This document shows, in pieces, positions 12,835 through 23,449 of a stretch of DNA of 44,309 nucleotides. The DNA lies in NCBI RefSeq assembly GCF_001194135.2, contig NC_068986.1, positions 39,904,383 to 39,948,691 on the forward strand, given 5' to 3'. The position numbers and the translations under genes are program-made. Within the stretch, counting starts at the first letter, position 1. Every line of letters starts with the position of its first letter. Under the pieces are notes generated by a model. That model was not told the DNA's origin and did no database searches. It saw only the letters and a program-made list of their open reading frames with translations. Origin of the DNA: Octopus bimaculoides (taxonomy: Eukaryota).

Positions 12835-12943
12835 ATGGCGAATTTAGAAGAGCATAGATATCTTGTCCTCTATTGTTTGTCTTTTTTCTATCTAGTGTTG
12901 TTTTTATGGTGTGTGATATTCTGTATTGCAATTGTTTCTTCTA
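12835..12943 (+). CDS. Candidate first coding exon: hydrophobic signal-anchor-like peptide MANLEEHRYLVLYCLSFFYLVLFLWCVIFCIAIVSS
   Basis: ATGGCG start in CpG-rich unique sequence and a possible phase-1 donor A|GTAAAT at 12944. The unspliced ORF ends at TGA 12990. No homologue is recognised and T-richness alone biases towards hydrophobic codons. Confidence 0.25.
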
Positions 12944-13239
12944 GTAAATGCATCGTGGATTATCGGGCGAATGTCATACTACTAGTATGACAAACGCAAA
13001 ATCAGGAACTATAAAGTTTACGACATTCACGTTAGCAATCGAATTTATAAATCATATTTGTCTCAGAAAGATTACATACCCGCTGTTTGTTGTTTATTAA
13101 TGACGTTTTTTTTTAATTATTTTAAGTGATTTTGTAGAAAATTATCTGCATTCATGGTTTGGTGTAATGCAAAAAAAAATGTTCAGCTTTCATAGCTCTT
13201 CATAATGGCTCCCTATATACACTATACCAAACGCATTAT

Positions 13240-13254
13240 TTGTATGTATGTATG

Positions 13255-13286
<32 letters not shown>

Positions 13287-13461
13287 CATGCATGTATGTA
13301 TGCATGTATGTATGCATGTATGTATGTATGAATGTATGTATGTATGCATGTATGTATTATGTAAGCATGCATGTATGTATGTATGTATGTATGTATGAAT
13401 GCATGTATGTATGTAAGCGTGCATGTATGTATGCATGTATGTATGCATGTATGTATGTATG

Positions 13462-13492
<31 letters not shown>

Positions 13493-13540
13493 GCATGCAT
13501 GTATGTATGCATGTATGTGCATATATATATATATGTATTC
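13240..13540. repeat. (TATG/CATG)n compound microsatellite
   Basis: Directly visible tandem repeat. Confidence 0.95.
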
Positions 13541-13697
13541 AAATATGAATTAGAAGCAGCTCGGGGTATATAAACAAAATCAAACACACATACACAAGGT
13601 GTGTGTGTTGCTAGTTCGTTGTTAGTTGTGTGTGTGTATACAAACACACACATAAACACATGCAAATGTAGATTTATATATATATATATATATATAT

Positions 13698-13865
13698 GGG
13701 AGAATATACAAATAATAACAACAGACGAGGACAGGTGGTGTAAATAACAAAAGTATATATTAGTATGACGCTCGGGAATACGGAAAGTCTTTGACGTTTC
13801 GAGCTACGCTCTTCAACAGAAAGAATACGGAGACAAGGAGAAAAACACGGAGAAAAAAAATTGAA
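13698..13865 (-). mobile_element. Putative PLE pseudo-LTR-like element inserted in a (TA)n tract
   Basis: About 170-bp non-simple segment flanked on both sides by (TA)n and carrying the hammerhead-like motif at 13788-13824. Confidence 0.6.
13788..13824 (-). ncRNA. Minimal hammerhead-ribozyme-like motif
   Basis: TCTTT-CTGTTGA-A-GAGC-GTA-GCTC-GAAA-CG-TC-AAAGA: perfect 5-bp stem I, 4-bp stem II, ACGT palindrome as stem III. The core deviates from consensus (CUGUUGA plus an extra A). Confidence 0.6.
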
Positions 13866-13867
13866 TA

Positions 13868-13940
<73 letters not shown>

Positions 13941-14736
13941 TATATGTATACATATATAGGTACATATGCATAATATATATATATATATATACGTATGTAT
14001 ATTCATATATTTATGTGCATGTGTGGTGGGGGTGCGAGCGTTGAGGGGTGCGTTTGCGTGTGTCCTTACTGATACATATCTGTAACTGATAAAGCGTAAC
14101 CAAGCAAATTTACAAGTCTTACAGTCCGATGATGTTATTCATAGCTTGGCTCGATGGGTTTCCACGCACACAGTCTATAAGGACAACTTGTCCTCCAAGA
14201 CAGTCACCTCTGCAAAGGAACATGTTCGAGTGTACATGAACATACTAAATATAAATATACACTACTTTTTTAACCATCGTAGTTAGTCTGCCTTTAACTA
14301 CTTCATTCAAGCTTGATAAAATCTAGCACACGCCAGCATGTTTATTATTTATCATTTACCTTATAAGAAAGTTACATGATTTGTCTAGTGAGCATATACC
14401 CTTTTTCCTTCCTAAGCATGTGTATTCAATTTTGTAGGCATGTGTAGGCATATTAGATATACGTTTCTTAATGTTCTAGATAAGGTTCTTAAAAAACGCA
14501 GATAGTGATAACATGATTCTACTTTGATGTAAGAAAGCTTTTGATTTGGTTTCCTGAAAGGATTATGTAAAGTAGTTTGGTTAATCTAGAGTAACATCAA
14601 AGAAATCAACAATAATTAAATTAGCGACTTCAATACCGACTTTCAGGGGGAATGATGTGATTTTGGCCGCTTATATGCCTTGGAAATTGGGTAACTGGCT
14701 ATAATAGTCCAAAGACTAAAAGGGTTTATTGATATT

Positions 14737-14902
14737 GGTTTCAAATTAGATCAAAAGGCCAGCAACTTAGGGGAAGGAGTAAGTCAATTGCATTAACCTC
14801 AGTACTCAACTTCTGCAGAATTTGAACTCAGTGCATAAAGACAGATGAACTACTACTAAGCATTTTCCCGTCTGCTAATAATTCTGCCAGCTCATCGCCT
14901 TA
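14737..14902 (-). mobile_element. SINE family B, old copy with internal deletion
   Basis: Shares GAATTTGAACTCAG...CTAAGCATTTT...CTGCCAGCTCATCGCCTTA with the other B copies. Confidence 0.8.
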
Positions 14903-14939
14903 TAAACAAACAAGAAAAAAAGAAAGGTTTATTATTATT

Positions 14940-15090
14940 GGTGCTCAACTGGTACTAATTTTATAGACCTTGAAAGGACGAAAGGCAAAAATCAACCTGA
15001 GCAAAATTTGAACTCAGAACATAAAGACGGACGAAATGCCGCTAAGCATTTTACCTGGCATGCTAATGCATCTACCAGTTTGCTGTGTTA
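14940..15090 (-). mobile_element. SINE family B, second tandem copy
   Basis: CTGGTACTAATTTTATAGACC...GAAAGGCAAA...TTTGAACTCAGAAC matches the other B copies. Confidence 0.8.
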
Positions 15091-15116
15091 AAAAAAAAGG
15101 GGGGTTTATTAATATT

Positions 15117-15331
15117 CTTTTCTATTCTAGGCACAAGGTGCGAAATTTGGGGGGAGGAGACCAGTCGATTAGATTGACCCCAGTACGCAACTGGTACTTA
15201 ATTATCGACCCCTAAAGGATGAAAGGCAAAGTCGACCTCGGCGGAATTTGAACTCGGAACGTAAAGACAGACGAAATACCGCTAAGTGTTTCGCCCGGAG
15301 TGCCAACGTTTCTGTCAGTTCACTGCCTTAC
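15117..15331 (-). mobile_element. SINE family B, full-length copy with 14-bp TSD
   Basis: Flanked by identical GGTTTATTAATATT at 15103-15116 and 15332-15345. CpGs are retained. Confidence 0.9.
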
Positions 15332-15439
15332 GGTTTATTAATATTAAAAGTAGGAAAAATATTAACCTATAACAATGGTACAACAGATACAACAATCTAG
15401 GTAATATCATAGTTCAGGAATATCAAAATACCAACTCAG

Positions 15440-16560
15440 TGTCCAGATTCCTGCTTATAAAGGATTTAGATGTTGCACACAAATTCATTACAGTTGAAGA
15501 ATCAGAAATAAAGCTGATTATGCACATATGCAAGACAATGCTCTTTGGTAGTGGTTTGGTTAGGTAAAAGCAAAAGTATATATCTGATGACCTATTCTAT
15601 ATCCTGATGAGGTCATGCAACGGTATCAAAGGGTGTGATCTATTCATTTTAAACTTATTAGATTTTCTAGGCACAACATTGGTTTATACTACGTGATGGT
15701 TTTGCAGTGTCGCATCACTGTGGTAGCCATGCTTAAGCTATTGTCTAAAAGTACCTAAATAGCCACATTTAACATTAGTTTCAAAGTAACTGTGGATACT
15801 AATTTAACTAAGACAGATTTTTTTAGATGCTTCAGCAGACCAAAATGCAGTAGACCTCAACGAAAAAAAAAAAGAAGAAAACTAAGGTATACTAACAGAC
15901 TTTCCTGCCTCAAATCCATAACTTTTAGAAGCCTCACCTTCAATATGAGTTGTGGTATCTCTAATCTACCCTCTTACAAAGACACTTTGACAAGGCAGCC
16001 CCTGCCATAACAAGTCTCTGCAAAATTACGGCTTCAATGAACAGTTCTTTTATATTCTATATCCAAACTAAAAGATCTAGGAATAGGCTGAGGAAAATTA
16101 TTGATTCACGACTCTTCCTTAAATCATAATCGTTTAACGTCCGTTTTCCATGCTAGCATGCTAGCATGGGTTGGACGTTTCGACCGGGGTCTGGGAAACC
16201 AGGAGGCTTCACCAGGTTCCAGTCTGATCTGGCATTATTTCTACAGCTGGATGCCCTTCCTAACACCAACCACTCCACTCCGTGCGTGTAGTGGGTGCTT
16301 TTTACGTGCCCCCGGCACAGAGGCCAGACTATAAGATTGACTATGACAACAAACAGAGATTGCTAGAAAAACTAAAGGCCTATATAAATAGCCAAAAAGA
16401 CTTTACTGCTTCCACCCTATGATTTTTAGAGCTAAAAATTGCAGACTCTGTCTAACAGAGAGGATACAAGTTCTTCAAAAGCTAAAAACCTCTAATGCCT
16501 TTCTCAATCCTAAATATGAAATTTTTACCCGATGTTCCAACATGGGCAGACATATTTACT
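15440..16560 (+). mobile_element. Decayed Penelope-like retroelement (RT plus C-terminal endonuclease region)
   Basis: Interrupted translation shows EIKLIMHICKTMLF, DDLFYILMRSCNGIKGCDL (cf. DDLFDVTMGSYDGAEVCEL), a frameshifted IGLY..DGFAV (cf. YRDD motif), DTNLTKTDF, HFDKAAP..NKSLQNYGF, RSRNRLRKII and CRLCLTERIQVL...FLNPKYEIFTRC (cf. CxLCLxEK...LNKRSE...CRH). Confidence 0.8.
16126..16330 (-). mobile_element. RTE 3' UTR orphan (family C) nested in the PLE
   Basis: CATAATCGTTTAACGTCCG...CAGCTGGATGCCCTTCCTAAC...GGGTGCTTTTTACGTGCC. Confidence 0.85.
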
Positions 16561-16943
16561 GGTCAACTGGAAAGCACTGTCTCAGGACCCCAAACTATCC
16601 CAGGGAATCATCTTGCTCTGAAGTACACCTCATATGTTCCATGTGATTCTTTCCTTTCTGTCTACTTATTTTTTCTCTCTCTTTGCTCTCTTTTTTCTTC
16701 TGTTTCTTCAATTTCATTTCTTTTTGTTTCTCCTGTAGTTTTCCAATAACCTTAATGATTCTGACCTTCAATTGGTTTGTCTTTTCTCATCCACAATAAA
16801 CGACTGTGTATGGAATTTGAGTTCCTAGACAGGATATTATTGTATTACATACGAACCATAAAATAAGAAGAGCATTTGAATAATGTTCATACTTTGGCTC
16901 CTGGGCCACAGGATCCATAAAAACTTAAGAGACTCAAAAAATT

Positions 16944-17736
16944 GATTCTCTCAAATACCCTAGTGACTCATTAGTGGTAGTAGATAATTTCTGCTACCTA
17001 GGGGACCAAATTAGTTGTGGAGGAAGATGCACGCAGAGCGTGATAGCTAGAATAAGAATAATAAAATAAAATGTAAATGTGCCCTTTTAAAGCCTAGCCA
17101 GGCTTATGGGCCTGGTTTCCTGGTTTCAATGGCGTATGTGTTCCCCAGCTGGATGGCACACCAGTCCATCACAGCATTACTCATTTTTGCCAGCTGAGTG
17201 GACTGGAGCAACGTGAAATGAAGTGTTTTGCTCAAGAACACAACGCATCGCCCGGTCCAGGAATTGAAACCACAATCTTACGATCATGGTGCTGACACCC
17301 TAACCGCTAAGCCACGCGCCTCCACATAGAATAAGAATAGGATGGGGGAAATTCAGGGAGCTGTTACCTCTGTTGGCCATGAAAGGTTTCTCTCTCAGAG
17401 TGAAAGTAAGATGGTATGATATATGTATATGGACAGCAGTTCTACATGGTAGTGAGATGTGGGCCTTGAATGTAGAGGACATGTAAAGGTTAGAGAGGAA
17501 TGAGGCTAGTATGCGCCACTGGATGTGTAATGTAAGTGTACATGTTTAACAGAGTGCTAGTGTATTGAGAGAGTAGTTAGGCATAAGAAGAATTAGTTGC
17601 TGTGTATGAGAGAAAAGATTGCACTGGTTTGGTCATGTGATGTGAACAGCTATATAAAGAAGTGCTGATCTCTCAAAGTAGATGGAACACATGGAAGTAG
17701 AAGACCCAGGAATACATGGGATGTAATACTGAAGAA
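16944..17736 (+). mobile_element. Decayed RTE LINE ORF2 3' part, split by a SINE
   Basis: VVDNFCYLGDQISCGGRCTQSVIARIRI|GWGKFRELLPLLAMKGFSLRVK...LHGSEMW...RLERNEASMRHWMCNVSV, homologous to 28284-28950. Confidence 0.85.
17061..17326 (-). mobile_element. Full-length tRNA-derived SINE (family D-related) with 13-bp TSD
   Basis: TSD TAGAATAAGAATA at 17048-17060 and 17327-17339. Head TGTGGAGGCGCGTGGCTTAGCGGTTAGG, tail (ATTTT)n. Confidence 0.9.
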
Positions 17737-17739
17737 CTG

Positions 17740-17860
17740 TGGGGGGGGGTGTATTTGTATCTGAGTTTGTCCCCACCACTGCTTGACAATTGGTGTTGGT
17801 GTGTTTATGTTCTGTAACTTAGCAGTTTGGTAATAGAAACCAAAAGAATAAGTATCAGGC
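17740..17860 (+). mobile_element. SINE family A, 3' part fragment
   Basis: TTTGTCCCCACCACTGCTTGACAA...GAATAAGTATCAGGC. Confidence 0.75.
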
Positions 17861-18079
17861 TAAAAAAAATGTAAAATTAGTGAGAGAGAAGAGAGGGAGG
17901 GAGAGAGAGAGAGAGATAATGCCATACAAATATATATATAATATATTGTGCACACACGCACACACACATACATATACATATAAAGACATATAGATGTTTA
18001 TGTATATTTGTTTGTCTGTATGTATGTATGTATGTGTGTGTGTGCATATATGTATATGTGTGCATATGTGCATATGTGC

Positions 18080-18122
<43 letters not shown>

Positions 18123-18123
18123 C

Positions 18124-18155
<32 letters not shown>

Positions 18156-18273
18156 ATAATGCTATTGTAGATAAATATTACTATTTTTCCGACACTTTGA
18201 AGTTTATTGTGCACTTTCCATTATTATTTAAAAAACTATTAAGCTTGAATGTGGAAAGTGCTTTTTTATACAG

Positions 18274-18295
18274 CTGCAATATATTATAACAATTT
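18274..18295 (+). other. Candidate 22-nt microexon
   Basis: CTTTTTTATACAG|CTGCAATATATTATAACAATTT|GTAAGT, with a consensus acceptor and a perfect donor. Confidence 0.25.
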
Positions 18296-18743
18296 GTAAG
18301 TGGTTTCAGAAACAAAAATGAGATTGTTAGATACGTTGAGTGGAGTGAATATATGTTTATCAAACATATTGTATACGATTTCCATATGCATGTGTTTTTA
18401 TAACCATGTATTAGTGATATATAATTTTGTTTTTGAATTGTCAATTATATAGCATTATGGAAATGTCTTTATGCTGGCCATAGTTTGTTTACATTTATTC
18501 ATAGGCAGGCTTCTGTTTTTTTAACTTCTTAAATTGAAAGGTGAATTAAGTAATTCCTCAAGAACCTAAGAAAGTTCAAACTAGTGATACGGTTGTTGCA
18601 TTTTAACTGCCCAAGTTCCTATTGTTAATCTACTGTTTATAACCCCATTAACTGGCACTCTGTCAGTTATGACAACAGAGGATTCAGCTGATCCAATCAA
18701 TAGAACAGCTTGCTTGTGAAATTAATGTGCAAGGTACAGGCAT

Positions 18744-18909
18744 AGCTATGTGGTAGGAAGCTTGCTTCCCAACCACATAGTTCCAAGTTCAGTCTCACTG
18801 CATGGCACTTTAGGACAAGTGTCTTCTACTATAGCCTTGGACTGACCAAACTTTGTGAGTGGAACTGAAAAAAGCCTGTCATATGTATATATATATATAT
18901 ACATGCATG

Positions 18910-18958
<49 letters not shown>

Positions 18959-19240
18959 ATAATTACAATAACCCTTGGATGGAATTTATAAACATTTAAT
19001 GCATTATTACATGCGTTGCTACTAAGCAGTGTCTATGCGTGTGTGTCTTTGTGTTTGTCCTCCACTACTGCTTGACAACTACTGTTGGTGTGTTTATGTC
19101 CTCATAACTTAGTGGTTTGGCAAAAGAAACTGATAGAATAAGTACTAGGTTAAAAAGTCATGGTATTGATTTCTTTGACTAAAACTCTACAAGGCAGTGC
19201 TCCAGCATGGTCGTGATCAAATGACCACGAAATATTTTAA
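18744..19240 (+). mobile_element. SINE family A
   Basis: Head GCTATGTGGTAGGAAGCTTGCTTCCCAACCAC, internal (TA)n, tail GTGCTCCAGCATGG. Confidence 0.9.
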
Positions 19241-19264
19241 GACTGGTCTTTCTAATGACACAAA

Positions 19265-19612
19265 GTACTCATGGCAGTGCCACGTAAAAGCGCCCATGTG
19301 GTTCCATGTAATAACAGTCATGTGGCAACGCATAAAAGCGCCCATGCAGCATCACATACAGTGCCATGTAAAAGCACCTGTGCAGAGCCGCATAAAACCA
19401 CCTGTGCAGTTCCATGTAAAAGTGCCTGTGTGGTGCCATGTAAAAACATCCAGCACACTCTGTAAAATGATTGGTATTAGGAAGGGTTTCCAGCCATAAA
19501 AGCCATGCCAAATCAGACTGGCATCTGGTGCAGCTCCCCAGCTCTGATCACACTATCCAGCCCATGCTACCATGGACAATGGACGTTAAATGATGATGAT
19601 AATGATGATGAT
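19265..19612 (+). mobile_element. RTE 3' UTR orphan (family C) with expanded ~24-nt minisatellite and (GAT)n tail
   Basis: Repeated GTGCCATGTAAAAGCACCTGTGC units, then TTAGGAAGGG...GGACGTTAAATGATGATGAT. Confidence 0.85.
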
Positions 19613-19989
19613 GGCTGAGTACTCCACAGGCACACGTACCCTTAACGTAGTTCTCAGGGAGATTCGGTGTGACACAGAATGTGACAAGGCTGGCCCTTTG
19701 AAATACAGGTGCAACTCACTGTTGCCAGTTGAGTGGACTGGACGACATGAAATAAAGTGCCTTGCTCATTGATTACTTAATTAAGCCCCTTGCTCTCTAT
19801 GGAGAAGTTTGGCCAATGCTGACTTTTCCTCATTGTTCATGACGCTGGGTTGTCTTTTTTTTTGCTTCTCCACAGTCGGATCCCTCTTAACTAGCAGCTT
19901 TCTTTTGGATTTTGTTACACTACCTCATATGTTTCCCTGAAGGAAGGCGTTCGTTTCTCAGGCCTTGGTTTTGAAATGTTATTGATACT

Positions 19990-20190
19990 TCTGTAACTGC
20001 TTTCTTTTTTTTTTCTAGATAAAGGTTTTGGCTCCTCACAATCCCATTTTCACCTCTGGGAAGAAGTGGTCCATAGGAGTCTGTCCTTTGACCTGTCCAG
20101 CTATGGAAGCTTTACCAGGAATTTGCTCTCTGCTGGAATAGTTCTCAGGGTCATCGAAGTACATAATCATCAACACTGTAACAAGGCCTG
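19990..20190 (+). mobile_element. Possible RTE 5' region remnant
   Basis: ...CCAGGAA...GGAATAGTTCTCAGGGTCATCGAAG...AACAAGG resembles the recalled RTE 5' UTR motif GGCATAGCTCTCAGGATCATTGG. Recognition is from memory only. Confidence 0.35.
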
Positions 20191-20247
20191 GACCTTGTAG
20201 TAGTTATATTCTCATAATATCATCAAATACATATTTATTAAATATTG

Positions 20248-20463
20248 ATTTCAAATTTTGGCACAAGGCTAGCAATTTCAAGGGAGGGTATAAATCAATT
20301 ACATGGACCCCAGTACTCCCCTGGTACTTATTTTATCGACCCTGAAAGGATGAAACACTAAGTCAACCTTCGCAGAATTTGAACTTAGAATGTGAAGGCA
20401 AACAAAAACTTGCTAAGCATTTCACCCAGTGGGCAAACAATTCTGCCAGCTCACCACCTTATG
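20248..20463 (-). mobile_element. SINE family B, full length with 14-bp TSD
   Basis: TSD TTTATTAAATATTG at 20234-20247 and 20464-20477. Confidence 0.9.
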
Positions 20464-21074
20464 TTTATTAAATATTGCATGTAACTTCTGTATGTAGATA
20501 TGTATGTGTGTGTGCATGTGTGTGCATATATATGTGTGTAGGTCACTTTTAGTGCTACTGATTATCTAGTACGTAATCCATTATAACCCGTTATATAGTC
20601 AGGATGTCAGTAACTGCATTGACACCCATCCCCAAAGTCATCTTGTGGAGGTTACTTGCTAGAAACCCAGCAGTATAGGAACAATGCATGTAAAAAAAAT
20701 AATGAAATGGTTGACCCAGCACAGCTGGTGTGTGGGTGAGGAAACAGGATATTAAAGATAGTGAATGAGCACACTGTAAGAGCACTTTGGTTTTGATGAG
20801 TACACAGTTCTTCTCAGAACATCTGTCTGGAAGTGGTCATGATGGGAATGATCTCTTTGCACTACTCTGCCTCTTGTGGGTGAGTCCTGGAAGAAAAGGG
20901 CTTAAGGGAGTAGTGAACTAGTGGACTCTTCTGTCATAGATGACAGATGATGGTTTTACAATTTTTTTGCTGAACCACCTGCACAGATAATTTGTTTATG
21001 GTGATTAAATAAATTATGCTGTCCATCAGTTCACTCCGTCCAACAAATTGACATCACCTGTATGGGTTCATGGT

Positions 21075-21256
21075 GTGCCACATGTCAGAAATCTCCCAAT
21101 CTTCTGAGTTCTTTTACAGGGCTTAGGAAAACTGAAGGACCACTGCAATAATTGCATGAATCTGAGAGGAGAATATGTTGAATACAATCATAATTAACTG
21201 CTCCTCCTGTATTTTCTATTATCCATAGCCTGGAACTTTGCAGCATCCCCTTGTAA
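21075..21256 (+). mobile_element. Mariner-like terminal fragment
   Basis: Reverse complement of 8700-8830, ending CCTGGAACTTTGCAGCATCCCCTTG-TA. Confidence 0.75.
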
Positions 21257-21355
21257 AATGAAGTACTTTGCTCAAGAATGCAATGCATTGCTTGGTCTGG
21301 GAATTGAAACTATGATTTTCAAATCTTGAGTGCAACACTGTAATCACAAGGCCAC
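21257..21355 (-). mobile_element. SINE family D head fragment
   Basis: Similar to 17210-17320 (TTTGCTCAAGAA...GGAATTGAAAC). Confidence 0.65.
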
Positions 21356-21752
21356 TCTGAGATAAAATCAAGCTGTAGCAGTCAGCATCAGTGCAGCTGC
21401 CACTTTCAGCAAGGAGAAAGTCCCAGTTTCCTTATGTCACTCTTCCGAGTGGATCTCTCTCTTCCAAAGTGGAAATAGTTATCCTGGGAAACATGCATCA
21501 CTAAATGCTACTATAAACTACTGGTAGACTCACTTCAGTCATGAATGACCATGGGATTGCACCTAGAACGTTCCCTTCTGAGGCAAAGTTGTTTATATAT
21601 ATAATTAATCAAAGGACATACTAAGTATGTCTACCTGCTGGAAATAACAGTCAAAACTCTTTTTTAAAATCACCAAAATACACTGATAATAACGATTTCT
21701 ATAGTTATTATCAGTGTATTTTGGCGATTTAAATAAGAGTTTTGACTATATA

Positions 21753-21806
<54 letters not shown>

Positions 21807-22129
21807 TACATATATATGTATCTGTATGTATTTAGATAGATGTATATAATTACATATATAAAATATGAGGGTGGGTTACAATATATATACTATTCCTCAA
21901 TTTCGTTTCACTTGCATGGCTGTACTGCAGTTTACGATTGCATTTTGTATAGTTTTCTTCATTCTTCTCTCCCTCTCTCTCCCACTCACCCTTCCTTCCT
22001 TTCTTCTTCTTCTTCTTCTCCTCCTCCTCCTCTTTCTCTCTTTCTCTTTCTTTCTTTGCCTTACTTTTTACTTCTTTCTATTTCTTTTTCTTCTTTTATT
22101 TTATTTTTTTTTTTTATATTCTTTTGCAG

Positions 22130-22191
22130 TATATATTGAGTTTCATCACAATAAGACCAATTATTATTTTTATGATCCATTTCGAAGATAA
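22130..22191 (+). CDS. Candidate terminal coding exon (x)YIEFHHNKTNYYFYDPFRR*
   Basis: Preceded by a ~170-nt polypyrimidine tract ending TTTGCAG. Open in phase 1 to TAA. A second frame is also open for 48 codons. No homologue is recognised. Confidence 0.25.
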
Positions 22192-22614
22192 ATTTTATGT
22201 TCCTCTTCACCAAAACAAAACTTTTATGATACCAATTCATGAAAGAAAACTTATGGCTGTCTGTCTCTCTGCATAACAATAACCTTAAGGCATGAAATCT
22301 TATCTGGCTGAGAATGATCAATTTACTGACTTTTCCATAATGTAAAATGGGTTTTTGATGAACTGATCATCACTATCTGATTGTCTTTTTGCCTTTTTTT
22401 TTAATACTTTTGTCCTTTCTCTGTTTTATTTTATTTTGTTAGTTTATGCATTTTGTATTTTATTTCATTTTCATTTTATTTTTTTTGTTAATGTCAACTC
22501 TTTTAGATGTTACTGCTGTTGTTATTTTTCTCGTTAATACTGCTGAAGAAACAAATCTAGCTTAGCTGAAGCAAGAAATAGAATTGTTCCTTTTGAATGA
22601 ATAAATAATAATAA

Positions 22615-22748
<134 letters not shown>

Positions 22749-22869
22749 GGATAGTTTATATATTCCTCAATAATGTTTCATTTGGTTTCAACAAAACCAT
22801 GTGTCTGAAAAGGGGGAAAGAGGAATCCTCATAGAATAGTTTATTACTATCGAGATGGCAATGTCATTA

Positions 22870-23085
22870 GCTTTTATTGGTTTCAGTCATTGGACTGCAG
22901 CCATGCTGGAGCATCGCCTTAAAAGTTTTTTCAACTAAACAAATTGGCTTTGCTACTTATTTTTAAGTCTAGTTTCTCATTCTCTCAAGCTCATTTTTTG
23001 CTGAATTATTAAGTTGCAAAGACTAAATAAACCCACACCAGTCGTCAAGCAGGTACTGGCAGTGCAAACACAAAGACACAGACAC
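22870..23085 (-). mobile_element. SINE family A, 3' half
   Basis: GTTTCAGTCATTGGACTGCAGCCATGCTGGAGCA... is the reverse complement of the tail. Confidence 0.8.
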
Positions 23086-23102
23086 ACACACATGCATGCA
23101 TG

Positions 23103-23146
<44 letters not shown>

Positions 23147-23150
<4 letters not shown>

Positions 23151-23261
23151 GTGGTCACTAGAAAAGTGGAAAATTTGATGCTTATTGTTTACCTCAAATA
23201 GGGCTTGTGAAAATATGAATTGCCATTTCCCGAATTTTCTGCTTTTCTAGCAATCGCCCTG
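23147..23261. mobile_element. 115-bp Tc1/mariner-type MITE
   Basis: Imperfect 29-bp TIRs CAGGGTGGTCACTAGAAAAGTGGAAAATT / AATTTTCTGCTTTTCTAGCAATCGCCCTG, followed by TA. Confidence 0.75.
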
Positions 23262-23269
23262 TATATTTT

Positions 23270-23440
23270 TTTATTCTTTTATTTGTTTCAGTCATTTGAC
23301 TGTGGCCATGCCATAACACCACTTTGAACAAATCAACCCCAAGATTTATTTTTTACACCTAGTGTCCCTTTTGCCAAACTAAGTTATGGGGATGTAAACA
23401 CACCAACACCAGTTGCCATGTGGTGATGGGGGGGGGGAAC
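23270..23440 (-). mobile_element. SINE family A, 3' part
   Basis: CTTTTATTTGTTTCAGTCATTTGACTGTGGCCATG...GTAAACACACCAACACC. Confidence 0.8.
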
Positions 23441-23449
23441 GACAAATTG

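Larger units (their letters stand above)
18650..19770 (-). mobile_element. SINE family D split into 18650-18735 and 19613-19770 by nested insertions
   Basis: The halves ...GAAATTAATGTGCAAG | GGCTGAGTACTCCACAGG... appear contiguous once the insert is removed (inferred from recalled family structure). Confidence 0.6.

Noticed and set aside
15585-15615. Two CTGATGA motifs suggesting a hammerhead
   Set aside because: There is no downstream stem plus GAAA, and they are explained as PLE RT coding sequence (SDDLF..LMRS).
16160-16200. Minus-strand GACC-CC-GGTC-GAAA-CGTC resembling a hammerhead half
   Set aside because: There is no CUGANGA upstream, and it is a variant of family C sequence.
16760-16870. 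Possible pseudo-LTR or hammerhead after the PLE ORF
   Set aside because: Core motifs are too degenerate (TTAATGA, GGAAT) to support.
22314-22380. C/D-box snoRNA-like layout (ATGATCA..CTGA..TGATGA..CTGA)
   Set aside because: Box C is mismatched at a pairing position, there is no terminal stem and no recognised rRNA or snRNA guide.
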